A stretch of 64,000 nt of DNA from Macrostomum hystrix (taxonomy: Eukaryota > Animalia > Platyhelminthes): the NCBI GenBank assembly GCA_950097015.1, contig CATNEN010000039.1, positions 15,872,001 to 15,936,000 of the forward strand, read 5' to 3'. A program made the translations under genes and the position numbers. This document shows, piece by piece, positions 25,258 through 37,600 of the stretch (the first letter of the stretch is position 1; every line of letters starts with the position of its first letter). The notes beneath the pieces were generated by a model, which saw only the letters and a list, made by a program, of their open reading frames with translations, had not been told where the DNA came from and made no database searches.

Positions 25258-26354
25258 CAATAGAAAGACCACGGCTGGCATTTGAAATACCCAGTTTTCC
25301 TTTTTCTGTATCTATACCAAAATATTTAACCAATCGGCATGAAAGTCCATGGAATATGGTGGGGCTAAAATATTATTACTTTTAACCCCTCAATGCGATG
25401 AAACAACTTTCAGAATCACAAAACATTCTCATCGAGGTGTCTGGTGGCAAACCACCAATAGAGGCAAAGTTTCATTTTCACTATTTCGGCTTCATTAACA
25501 GTAGGACTACCAAGCCATTTTGCCGCCCGTTTTTATACCAAGGGGGGGACCCCCTGAAATTTTTTTGGCAGCGCCTGAATGCTAACAGCGTTGGGTGGTG
25601 ACTGACTGGCTGACAGACTAGACGATGGTGTCCTGCTGTCGAGCTGCTCCTAGTATTTTACGAGTAGCTTAATCAGTGAAATTTGAGAAATTCGCGTCAG
25701 GGTGTCCATTGTGGCCTAGTTCCACCTGTTGTTGCCCTTGTAGGTCCAGCAAATCCGTCTAGATAAAGGTCGGTGACCACCGAAGTCGGAGATGATGCAG
25801 GCACATTCGGGTGACATGCTGATAAAGTTTGAAGGTCTGGAAAGGCCGCACTGAGGCGCAGTGCAAATTCGTGTATAGGGATGTATGAAATACACTAGCT
25901 CTTATGGGAAAAATCGGACCTTCAGCCAGAAACATTGAATATCTCGACGGTCTGAAGAGCTGGCGACTTGTTTCTTGTTTCAGAAGATGCGCAACAAAAA
26001 GTTGGCCCGTGTTCTTGAGTTTCGTGTGCTTGCTTTTTTCCGTTCGGGTGCAGCAAAAAAAATTCCCCCCTCCCTTGGTAGTTCTACTGTTTGACTGATT
26101 CAATTTTCATTTTTGAACCAATATGGATTCGCTAATCAGGTTTGCACAGAGCAATGCTACTTGTTCTTGTCACCAGTGTCTTCGACAAGAATCGCTGAAT
26201 ATCACGACGATGAAGACGTCGGACTGCTTTGAAAGTTGGTTCATTGTAAATCGGTCATTCGGTTTGGGAGCTGTCGTGAAGTAGGCACTGGGTATTTGAA
26301 ACTCGGACCCTGTGGTTCTTCCCCAGTGGGAAAAACAGCGTGGTCTTTCTACTG
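25258..26354 (+). mobile_element. ~1.1-kb non-autonomous DNA transposon of the CAGTAGAAAG-TIR family
   Basis: Left end caatagaaagaccacg and right end cgtggtctttctactg form a 15/16 inverted match; subterminal sequence is shared with 16152-16515. Confidence 0.75.
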
Positions 26355-26482
26355 CTATGGGAGGAGCGACTGCAGTTGTCCGCTCGACGCAACACTGTTT
26401 TTCTAAGATGTGTCACATTGTACTCTGTCACGCCAGTAGAATGTAACGCATTTCCCCGGCATGGATCGAGTTCCGCCTGTGT

Positions 26483-26655
26483 CTAGCAATGCGAGCTGCT
26501 AACGAGATGCACAAAGAACTCCAGCCGGTCACGCGTCTCCAGGCCGCAGCGGCTGCACTTGAACGGATTCTCGCAGCCGTGGCAGGCCATGTGGAGGTCA
26601 AACATCAGCGGCTCCTTGAACACGATGCCGCAGAAACTGCACTCGCCCCAGCGAA

Positions 26656-26706
<51 letters not shown>

Positions 26707-27475
26707 GAGTTGGATTGCTGGGATTCTTCGATGTCAGATCCAACGGAAACTGAAGGGGCATCATCGATCCAAGAAATGGCAGCGTTGGGCACATTGGCGG
26801 CGGCAGCGGCAGCAGCGGAGGCGGTGGCGGCAGTAGAGCAGGCGGCGGCGGCGGCGGCGGCGGTGGCAGCGGTGGTGGCGACTGCTGTTGCTGCTGAGCG
26901 TGAATTCGGCGCGCCGCTGCGCTACCGGGGAGGCCAGGCTTCGGCAGGCTACCGTCGGAGTTCAGCACCGCGGCCGGACGGTGCCCGAACCTGCGCAGAT
27001 GCTGTTTGAGCGAGTGGCAGTACTTGGTGGCGTAGCTGCAGTGCAGGCAGCGGTACTGGTACACATTGGTGTGCGATTTCAGATGCGAGTTCAGCATAGA
27101 CCGGTTGACGCACTGGTAGTTGCACTTAGGACACTTAAATGGCTTGGAACCCAGGTGGTTCCGGATGTGGTACTCCAGGTGGTGCTTGTACTCGGTGACA
27201 AACGGACAGCTGGGGCACTCAAGCAGGCGCTCTATTTTGATGTGACCGCGAGAGTGCTGCCAGAATGCCGGCCTGTCCTCAGTCACGAAGCTGCATTGGC
27301 GACAGCGGAGTAGCTTCTGGCGCGACGAAGGCGCCTTGCCTGAGTAGCTGTCTGGCGGCACCTCCGAGTGGAAGTCCTTCATGTGCCGCTTCAGACGGCC
27401 GTCCGTACGAGACTTGTAGTCGCACGCGGGGCACTGGTACTCGTAGTGGGTGGCCATGTGTTCCTTGAAGGCGTC
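26483..27475 (-). CDS. hb: Hunchback-family C2H2 zinc-finger transcription factor (5' end uncertain)
   Basis: N-terminal finger [22 protein letters not shown]; four diagnostic middle fingers ([55 protein letters not shown]); two C-terminal fingers (CSFCGIVF...[13 protein letters not shown]...FFVH). First ATG at 27457; acceptor-like cgcag just before 27475. Confidence 0.95.
26657..26705 (-). repeat. Pure CAG tract encoding polyQ in hunchback
   Basis: (ctg)n on the + strand, about 16 units. Confidence 0.95.
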
Positions 27476-27524
27476 CTGCGTGGAGCCTGAGGGTTCGGGC
27501 AGCAACGGCCGTTGGATTATGACA

Positions 27525-27680
27525 GATTTTGTTGTGAGTGTGATCAGTAGATTGTGTTGTGAGTGTGATCAGTAGATTGTGTTGTGAGTATGATCAGTAG
27601 ATTGTGTTGTGAGTGTGATCAGTAGATTCTGTTGTGAGTGTGATCAGTAGATTGTGTGAGTGTCAGTGTGAGTGTTGTGA
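27525..27680. repeat. Short tandem repeat (~26-bp gttgtgagtgtgatcagtagattgt)
   Basis: About 5 copies immediately 5' of the hunchback coding exon. Confidence 0.9.
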
Positions 27681-29067
27681 TCTGCATGGCTTGTCTTTGT
27701 CTTTGGTGCCAGGTTTTTTCGCGTATTTCGTAGTCATGTTTTGCATTGTAAATTAGTTATTTGTTATTATCGCGAAAGCCGTGAGTATAATCAAATCGGA
27801 AAAAAAGAGAAAAAAAACATTTTTTCTTCCCCCTGAGAAATCCTGAAAATTGACCATTAAGAAAATTACGCTTTAGAAAGACAAACCTGCAGAACAGATT
27901 CTGCAGAACAGATCATTGTATTGTAGATTTATAAACACACTTGTTCACATTTTCTATTGAACAATGACAGTGCTGTTTACAGTTAAGAAAACAGTAATTT
28001 CGAGCTCCAGATAAATAATAAAAAGGTGGGAGCAGTTATTTTCTCACCGGCGAAGCTGCAAAGGTGACAAAAGTAAATTGTTTGACGACCTGAAGCAACA
28101 GCTGCTGACTGGTGATCGGTTGCAGCAACTCCTTGATCAGATGACTCAGGTGACTGCATTTCCCGTGTCTAGTGATGATGGACTCTTTCAAAGAAGGAAT
28201 GGGAATTTTTCGAAAATGAAGTTGTGTGGTTCTCAGCGACGAATAGACGGCCCTAAAATATTGTCGAATGCGAGTCAGAATTCCTAATCGATCTCTTCAT
28301 AGATATCAGCCTGCAGACAAGTTTTCAACGCTCAAGCCGCGGTCAAATTACCGGCAACAGTTGGAAAACTGGCTTAATTCTTATATAAAAGGCAACAGCA
28401 ACAATGTCTGCCTGTTTGTTGGGTGCTGTCTTGTTTTACAATTGATAATCGATTAAGAATTGGTTAAACTGTTCACAAACACTTCGTGGTCATCGACTGG
28501 CAAAGAAATCTGGGATGTTTGAGTCGCCAGGTCTAGTTGATGCTTTTTCCCTGCTCACTGCACAGCTCAAAGAGAAGATTTAAAAATTTGTATCTGTTCG
28601 TTCAGGTCTAGAGATCCTTGCCAATGAGCTGGAGGTCCTTTGTACCAGCTTTTTTACGACTTGATCGGGTTTCATGCAGAAGAGAAAAATCAATTTTGAA
28701 AACTTTTGACGAATCTCAGGCATTGTACGAGTATTTTGCTTAATCTTAACGTTTTGTTAATGTTTTCTCGCAAAATTCCGTTCTAATTTAACAACCAAAA
28801 CGACTGCAAAACTATACGAAAAATACTTAACAAAGCTTTCATTGACTGCTCAAAATATCGTAGTACTCGCATAGATTTTCGTCAGAAAACTCAAGGTAAT
28901 TTTTCACCTGCCATAGTCACAGCTTCAAAGTCGTCTTGACAAATCGATTTATCAATCATAAACAAAAATCCTATTCAATTCTAGAAATTTTAAACGCAAA
29001 TCTCACTTTGTGAGAAACACTCTACCATGCATCCCACCATTCATTCAAATGAGTGAGATGCATGCAT

Positions 29068-29795
29068 TCAATCTCTACCGGGAATCTCACCCAGTGATGC
29101 AATCTCTACCGGGAATCTCACCCAGTGATGCAATCTCTACCGGGAATCTCACCCAGTGATGCAATCTCTACCGGGAATCTCACCCAGTCATTCAATCTCT
29201 ACCGGGAATCTCACCCAGTGATGCAATCTCTACCGGGAATCTCACCCAGTGATGCAATCTCTACCGGGAATCTCACCCAGTGATGCAATCTCTACCGGGA
29301 ATCTCACCCAGTCATTCAATCTCTACCGGGAATCTCACCCAGTGATGCAATCTCTACCGGGAATCTCACCCAGTGATGCAATCTCTACCGGGAATCTCAC
29401 CCAGTCATTCAATCTCTACCGGGAATCTCACCCAGTGATGCAATCTCTACCGGGAATCTCACCCAGTGATGCAATCTCTACCGGGAATCTCACCCAGTGA
29501 TGCAATCTCTACCGGGAATCTCACCCAGTGATGCAATCTCTACCGGGAATCTCACCCAGTGATGCAATCTCTACCGGGAATCTCACCCAGTCATTCAATC
29601 TCTACCGGGAATCTCACCCAGTGATGCAATCTCTACCGGGAATCTCACCCAGTCATTCAATCTCTACCGGGAATCTCACCCAGTGATCCAATCTCTACCG
29701 GGAATCTCACCCAGTCATTCAATCTCTACCGGGAATCTCACCCAGTGATCCAATCTCTACCGGGAATCTCACCCAGTCATTCAATCTCTACCGGG
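29068..29795 (+). repeat. 31-bp minisatellite (caatctctaccgggaatctcacccagtgatg)n
   Basis: Tandem array seen directly, with gatg/catt variants. Confidence 0.97.
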
Positions 29796-30145
29796 TAATG
29801 TAGATAATGTACAGTCATGTACTATTCTCTGCTGTGATTCAAATGACAATGACTAGATTTAACTTACCGAAAAATTGTTGCCTACAAATTGAACGAGGTT
29901 TAAACTCCAGCTTGCATTTTTTTAATTAGAAAAATTATTTTTGACCGAGAGACAATTTTTAAATAAAGATTCTTCGAATCGGCCCAGTGGCAACCAATCA
30001 GGGAAGAGAGCATGCTCAGCTCATACTTTATTTTTCCCTGCCATTTAGACCAGGTCATTGCTCACATCGGATCCGAATTTTTCACTTACTGCCACCTGTC
30101 TTCACTGATAGCTTTGCAAGAGGTGGCCAATGGCGATTCTAAGTC

Positions 30146-33100
30146 TTCAGTCTCTTGTTCATGCTACATTCAGTCTCTTGTTCACGCTATATTCAGTCTC
30201 TTGTTCAGGCTACATTCAGTCTCTTGTTCAGGCTATATTCAGTCTCTTGTTCATGCTATATTCAGTCTCTTGTTCAGGCTATATTCAGTCTCTTGTTCAT
30301 GCTATATTCAGTCTCTTGTTCATGCTATATTCAGTCTCTTGTTCATGCTATATTCAGTCTCTTGTTCATGCTATATTCAGTCTCTTGTTCAGGCTATATT
30401 CAGTCTCTTGTTCATGCTATGTTCAGTCTCTTGTTCAGGCTATATTCAGTCTCTTGTTCATGCTATATTCAGTCTCTTGTTCATGCTACATTCAGTCTCT
30501 TGTTCATGCTATATTCAGTCTCTTGTTCAGGCTATATTCAGTCTCTTGTTCATGCTATATTCAGTCTCTTGTTCAGGCTATATTCAGTCTCTTGTTCATG
30601 CTATATTCAGTCTCTTGTTCATGCTATATTCAGTCTCTTGTTCATGCTATATTCAGTCTCTTGTTCAGGCTATATTCAGTCTCTTGTTCATGATATATTC
30701 AGTCTCTTGTTCAGGCTATATTCAGTCTCTTGTTCAGGCTATATTCAGTCTCTTGTTCATGCTATATTCAGTCTCTTGTTCATGCTATATTCAGTCTCTT
30801 GTTCATGCTATATTCAGTCTCTTGTTCATGCTATATTCAGTCTCTTGTTCAGGCTATATTCAGTCTCTTGTTCAGGCTATATTCAGTCTCTTGTTCAGGC
30901 TATATTCAGTCTCTTGTTCAGGCTATATTCAGTCTCTTGTTCAGGCTATATTCAGTCTCTTGTTCATGCTATATTCAGTCTCTTGTTCAGGCTATATTCA
31001 GTCTCTTGTTCAGGCTATATTCAGTCTCTTGTTCATGCTATATTCAGTCTCTTGTTCAGGCTATATTCAGTCTCTTGTTCAGGCTATATTCAGTCTCTTG
31101 TTCAGGCTATATTCAGTCTCTTGTTCATGCTATATTCAGTCTCTTGTTCAGGCTATATTCAGTCTCTTGTTCATGCTATATTCAGTCTCTTGTTCATGCT
31201 ATATTCAGTCTCTTGTTCATGCTATATTCAGTCTCTTGTTCAGGCTATATTCAGTCTCTTGTTCATGCTATATTCAGTCTCTTGTTCATGCTATATTCAG
31301 TCTCTTGTTCAGGCTATATTCAGTCTCTTGTTCATGCTATATTCAGTCTCTTGTTCATGCTATATTCAGTCTCTTGTTCATGCTATATTCAGTCTCTTGT
31401 TCAGGCTACATTCAGTCTCTTGTTCAGGCTATATTCAGTCTCTTGTTCAGGCTATATTCAGTCTCTTGTTCATGCTATATTCAGTCTCTTGTTCAGGCTA
31501 TATTCAGTCTCTTGTTCAGGCTATATTCAGTCTCTTGTTCAGGCTATATTCAGTCTCTTGTTCAGGCTATATTCAGTCTCTTGTTCATGCTATATTCAGT
31601 CTCTTGTTCACGCTATATTCAGTCTCTTGTTCAGGCTACATTCAGTCTCTTGTTCAGGCTATATTCAGTCTCTTGTTCATGCTATATTCAGTCTCTTGTT
31701 CAGGCTATATTCAGTCTCTTGTTCATGCTATATTCAGTCTCTTGTTCATGCTATATTCAGTCTCTTGTTCATGCTATATTCAGTCTCTTGTTCATGCTAT
31801 ATTCAGTCTCTTGTTCAGGCTATATTCAGTCTCTTGTTCATGCTATGTTCAGTCTCTTGTTCAGGCTATATTCAGTCTCTTGTTCATGCTATATTCAGTC
31901 TCTTGTTCATGCTACATTCAGTCTCTTGTTCATGCTATATTCAGTCTCTTGTTCAGGCTATATTCAGTCTCTTGTTCATGCTATATTCAGTCTCTTGTTC
32001 AGGCTATATTCAGTCTCTTGTTCATGCTATATTCAGTCTCTTGTTCATGCTATATTCAGTCTCTTGTTCATGCTATATTCAGTCTCTTGTTCAGGCTATA
32101 TTCAGTCTCTTGTTCATGATATATTCAGTCTCTTGTTCAGGCTATATTCAGTCTCTTGTTCAGGCTATATTCAGTCTCTTGTTCATGCTATATTCAGTCT
32201 CTTGTTCATGCTATATTCAGTCTCTTGTTCATGCTATATTCAGTCTCTTGTTCATGCTATATTCAGTCTCTTGTTCAGGCTATATTCAGTCTCTTGTTCA
32301 GGCTATATTCAGTCTCTTGTTCAGGCTATATTCAGTCTCTTGTTCAGGCTATATTCAGTCTCTTGTTCAGGCTATATTCAGTCTCTTGTTCATGCTATAT
32401 TCAGTCTCTTGTTCAGGCTATATTCAGTCTCTTGTTCAGGCTATATTCAGTCTCTTGTTCATGCTATATTCAGTCTCTTGTTCAGGCTATATTCAGTCTC
32501 TTGTTCAGGCTATATTCAGTCTCTTGTTCAGGCTATATTCAGTCTCTTGTTCATGCTATATTCAGTCTCTTGTTCAGGCTATATTCAGTCTCTTGTTCAT
32601 GCTATATTCAGTCTCTTGTTCATGCTATATTCAGTCTCTTGTTCATGCTATATTCAGTCTCTTGTTCAGGCTATATTCAGTCTCTTGTTCATGCTATATT
32701 CAGTCTCTTGTTCATGCTATATTCAGTCTCTTGTTCAGGCTATATTCAGTCTCTTGTTCATGCTATATTCAGTCTCTTGTTCATGCTATATTCAGTCTCT
32801 TGTTCATGCTATATTCAGTCTCTTGTTCAGGCTACATTCAGTCTCTTGTTCAGGCTATATTCAGTCTCTTGTTCAGGCTATATTCAGTCTCTTGTTCATG
32901 CTATATTCAGTCTCTTGTTCAGGCTATATTCAGTCTCTTGTTCAGGCTATATTCAGTCTCTTGTTCAGGCTATATTCAGTCTCTTGTTCAGGCTATATTC
33001 AGTCTCTTGTTCATGCTATATTCAGTCTCTTGTTCATGCTATATTCAGTCTCTTGTTCATGCTATATTCAGTCTCTTGTTCATGCTATATTCAGTCTCTT

Positions 33101-34150
33101 GTTCATGCTATATTCAGTCTCTTGTTCATGCTATATTCAGTCTCTTGTTCATGCTATATTCAGTCTCTTGTTCATGCTATATTCAGTCTCTTGTTCATGC
33201 TATATTCAGTCTCTTGTTCAGGCTATATTCAGTCTCTTGTTCAGGCTATATTCAGTCTCTTGTTCAGGCTATATTCAGTCTCTTGTTCATGCTATATTCA
33301 GTCTCTTGTTCATGCTATATTCAGTCTCTTGTTCAGGCTATATTCAGTCTCTTGTTCATGCTATATTCAGTCTCTTGTTCATGCTATATTCAGTCTCTTG
33401 TTCATGCTATATTCAGTCTCTTGTTCATGCTATATTCAGTCTCTTGTTCATGCTATATTCAGTCTCTTGTTCAGGCTATATTCAGTCTCTTGTTCATGCT
33501 ATATTCAGTCTCTTGTTCATGCTATATTCAGTCTCTTGTTCATGCTATATTCAGTCTCTTGTTCATGCTATATTCAGTCTCTTGTTCATGCTATATTCAG
33601 TCTCTTGTTCAGGCTATATTCAGTCTCTTGTTCATGCTATATTCAGTCTCTTGTTCATGCTATATTCAGTCTCTTGTTCATGCTATATTCAGTCTCTTGT
33701 TCAGGCTATATTCAGTCTCTTGTTCAGGCTATATTCAGTCTCTTGTTCAGGCTATATTCAGTCTCTTGTTCATGCTATATTCAGTCTCTTGTTCAGGCTA
33801 TATTCAGTCTCTTGTTCATGCTATATTCAGCCTCTTGTTAATGCTATATTCAGTCTCTTGTTCATGCTATATTCAGTCTCTTGTTCATGCTATATTCAGT
33901 CTCTTGTTCATGCTATATTCAGTCTCTTGTTCATGCTATATTCAGTCTCTTGTTCATGCTATATTCAGTCTCTTGTTCATGCTATATTCAGCCTCTTGTT
34001 CACGCTATATTCAGTCTCTTGTTCAGGCTATATTCAGTCTCTTGTTCAGGCTCTATTCAGGCTATATTCAGGCACTATTCAGGCTCTATTCAGGCTATAT
34101 TCAGGCACTATTCAGGTTATATTCAGGCTATATTCAGGCACTATTCAGGT
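30146..34150 (+). repeat. 23-bp satellite (ttcagtctcttgttca[t/g]gctata)n, ~4 kb
   Basis: Tandem array seen directly; it decays into 11-bp ttcaggctata sub-units at the 3' end. Confidence 0.98.
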
Positions 34151-34674
34151 TATTTACCGTTTTTTAGGCTAGACCAGATTCACTTTCTCGGGATTTTTTC
34201 AGACAATAATCAGTCTGAAGTGGTTGACGATAAATTAAATTTATTCATTGCATTGTTTTATCATTGCTATTGCAAATTTCTTACAAATTGTTTTAATAAT
34301 GAATCGTGTACTGTTTGTTAGTATTTACGAGTTCGTAAGTTCGACAAAAAGATACAACGTTTCTTTAGTCGCTATATTGACAGTTCTTACTGAACTTAAG
34401 CACTAGATTTGGTCATTGATGGCTTTTCTCGTCTATGACCTGATTTTAGCTACTATGGTCGCATTTTTTTAAACAAAGAATAAGAGAAACCTTAGGCCTC
34501 TTTAAAAGAAGCGCCTAATCTTGACACCTTGGCTTTCGGAAAATCAGTTAGTCACGCAATCGATCTTTTTATTATAATTATAAAATGCGATCAGTGTCGC
34601 TGAAAATATAATACAGGAGGGTCTTAGCAACGGGTGTTTGGGAGCGGCTGCGAATCCGTGGCGACGGTAAGACC

Positions 34675-37600
34675 ATCTCTCCCTTGTCTAATCTTTCCCG
34701 TAACTGATCTCTCCTGTGTGTTATCTCTCCTGTGTCTCATCTCTCCTGTGTCTCATCTCTCCTGTGTGTTATCTCTCCTGTGTCTCATCTCTCCTGTGTG
34801 TTATCTCTCCTGTGTCTCATCTCTCCTGTGTGTTATCTCTCCTGTGTCTCATCTCTCCCGTGTCTCATCTCTCCCGTGTCTCATCTCTCCTGTGTGTTAT
34901 CTCTCCTGTGTCTCATCTCTCCCGTGTCTCATCTCTCCCGTGTCTCATCTCTCCTGTGTCTCATCTCTCCTGTGTCTCATCTCTCCCGTGTGTTATCTCT
35001 CCTGTGTCTCATCTCTCCCGTGTGTTATCTCTCCTGTGTCTCATCTCTCCTGTGTCTCATCTCTCCTGTGTCTCATCTCTCCCGTGTGTTATCTCTCCCT
35101 TGTCTCATCTCTCCTGTGTGTTATCTCTCCCTTGTCTCATCTCTCCTGTGTCTCATCTCTCCTGTGTCTCATCTCTCCTGTGTCTCATCTCTCCTGTGTC
35201 TCATCTCTCCCGTGTGTTATCTCTCCTGTGTCTCATCTCTCCTGTGTCTCATCTCTCCTGTGTCTCATCTCTCCCGTGTGTTATCTCTCCTGTGTCTCAT
35301 CTCTCCTGTGTGTTATCTCTCCTGTGTCTCATCTCTCCTGTGTCTCATCTCTCCTGTGTGTTATCTCTCCTGTGTCTCATCTCTCCTGTGTGTTATCTCT
35401 CCTGTGTCTCATCTCTCCTGTGTGTTATCTCTCCTGTGTCTCATCTCTCCCGTGTCTCATCTCTCCCGTGTCTCATCTCTCCTGTGTGTTATCTCTCCTG
35501 TGTCTCATCTCTCCCGTGTCTCATCTCTCCCGTGTCTCATCTCTCCTGTGTGTTATCTCTCCTGTGTCTCATCTCTCCTGTGTGTTATCTCTCCTGTGTC
35601 TCATCTCTCCTGTGTGTTATCTCTCCTGTGTCTCATCTCTCCTGTGTCTCATCTCTCCTGTGTGTTATCTCTCCCTTGTCTCATCTCTCCTGTGTGTTAT
35701 CTCTCCCTTGTCTCATCTCTCCTGTGTGTTATCTCTCCCTTGTCTCATCTCTCCTGTGTCTCATCTCTCCTGTGTCTCATCTCTCCTGTGTCTCATCTCT
35801 CCTGTGTCTCATCTCTCCCGTGTGTTATCTCTCCTGTGTCTCATCTCTCCCGTGTGTTATCTCTCCTGTGTCTCATCTCTCCTGTGTCTCATCTCTCCTG
35901 TGTCTCATCTCTCCTGTGTGTTATCTCTCCCTTGTCTCATCTCTCCTGTGTGTTATCTCTCCCTTGTCTCATCTCTCCTGTGTCTCATCTCTCCTGTGTC
36001 TCATCTCTCCTGTGTCTCATCTCTCCTGTGTCTCATCTCTCCTGTGTGTTATCTCTCCTGTGTCTCATCTCTCCTGTGTCTCATCTCTCCTGTGTCTCAT
36101 CTCTCCCGTGTGTTATCTCTCCTGTGTCTCATCTCTCCTGTGTCTCATCTCTCCCTTGTCTAATCTTTCCCGTAACTAATCTCTCCTGTGTGTTATCTCT
36201 CCCTTGTCTCATCTCTCCTGTGTCTCATCTCTCCTGTGTCTCATCTCTCCTGTGTCTCATCTCTCCTGTGTCTCATCTCTCCCGTGTGTTATCTCTCCTG
36301 TGTCTCATCTCTCCTGTGTCTCATCTCTCCTGTGTCTCATCTCTCCCGTGTGTTATCTCTCCTGTGTCTCATCTCTCCTGTGTCTCATCTCTCCCTTGTC
36401 TAATCTTTCCCGTAACTAATCTCTCCTGTGTGTTATCTCTCCCTTGTCTCATCTCTCCTGTGTCTCATCTCTCCTGTGTCTCATCTCTCCTGTGTCTCAT
36501 CTCTCCTGTGTCTCATCTCTCCCGTGTGTTATCTCTCCTGTGTCTCATCTCTCCTGTGTCTCATCTCTCCTGTGTCTCATCTCTCCCGTGTGTTATCTCT
36601 CCTGTGTCTCATCTCTCCTGTGTCTCATCTCTCCCTTGTCTAATCTTTCCCGTAACTAATCTCTCCTGTGTGTTATCTCTCCTGTGTGTTATCTCTCCTG
36701 TGTCTCATCTCTCCTGTGTGTTATCTCTCCTGTGTCTCATCTCTCCTGTGTCTCATCTCTCCTGTGTGTTATCTCTCCTGTGTCTCATCTCTCCTGTGTG
36801 TTATCTCTCCTGTGTCTCATCTCTCCTGTGTGTTATCTCTCCTGTGTCTCATCTCTCCCGTGTCTCATCTCTCCCGTGTCTCATCTCTCCTGTGTGTTAT
36901 CTCTCCTGTGTCTCATCTCTCCCGTGTCTCATCTCTCCCGTGTCTCATCTCTCCTGTGTGTTATCTCTCCTGTGTCTCATCTCTCCTGTGTGTTATCTCT
37001 CCTGTGTCTCATCTCTCCTGTGTGTTATCTCTCCTGTGTCTCATCTCTCCTGTGTCTCATCTCTCCTGTGTCTCATCTCTCCTGTGTCTCATCTCTCCTG
37101 TGTCTCATCTCTCCCTTGTCTAATCTTTCCCGTAACTAATCTCTCCTGTGTGTTATCTCTCCTGTGTGTTATCTCTCCTGTGTCTCATCTCTCCTGTGTG
37201 TTATCTCTCCTGTGTCTCATCTCTCCTGTGTCTCATCTCTCCTGTGTGTTATCTCTCCTGTGTCTCATCTCTCCTGTGTGTTATCTCTCCTGTGTCTCAT
37301 CTCTCCTGTGTGTTATCTCTCCTGTGTCTCATCTCTCCCGTGTCTCATCTCTCCCGTGTCTCATCTCTCCTGTGTGTTATCTCTCCTGTGTCTCATCTCT
37401 CCCGTGTCTCATCTCTCCCGTGTCTCATCTCTCCTGTGTGTTATCTCTCCTGTGTCTCATCTCTCCCGTGTCTCATCTCTCCCGTGTCTCATCTCTCCTG
37501 TATGTTATCTCTCCTGTGTCTCATCTCTCCTGTGTGTTATCTCTCCTGTGTGTTATCTCTCCTGTGTCTCATCTCTCCTGTGTCTCATCTCTCCTGTGTG

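Noticed and set aside
26355-26482. Nanos response element in the hunchback 3' UTR
   Set aside because: gttgt and attgta occur only on the antisense strand and are too far apart.
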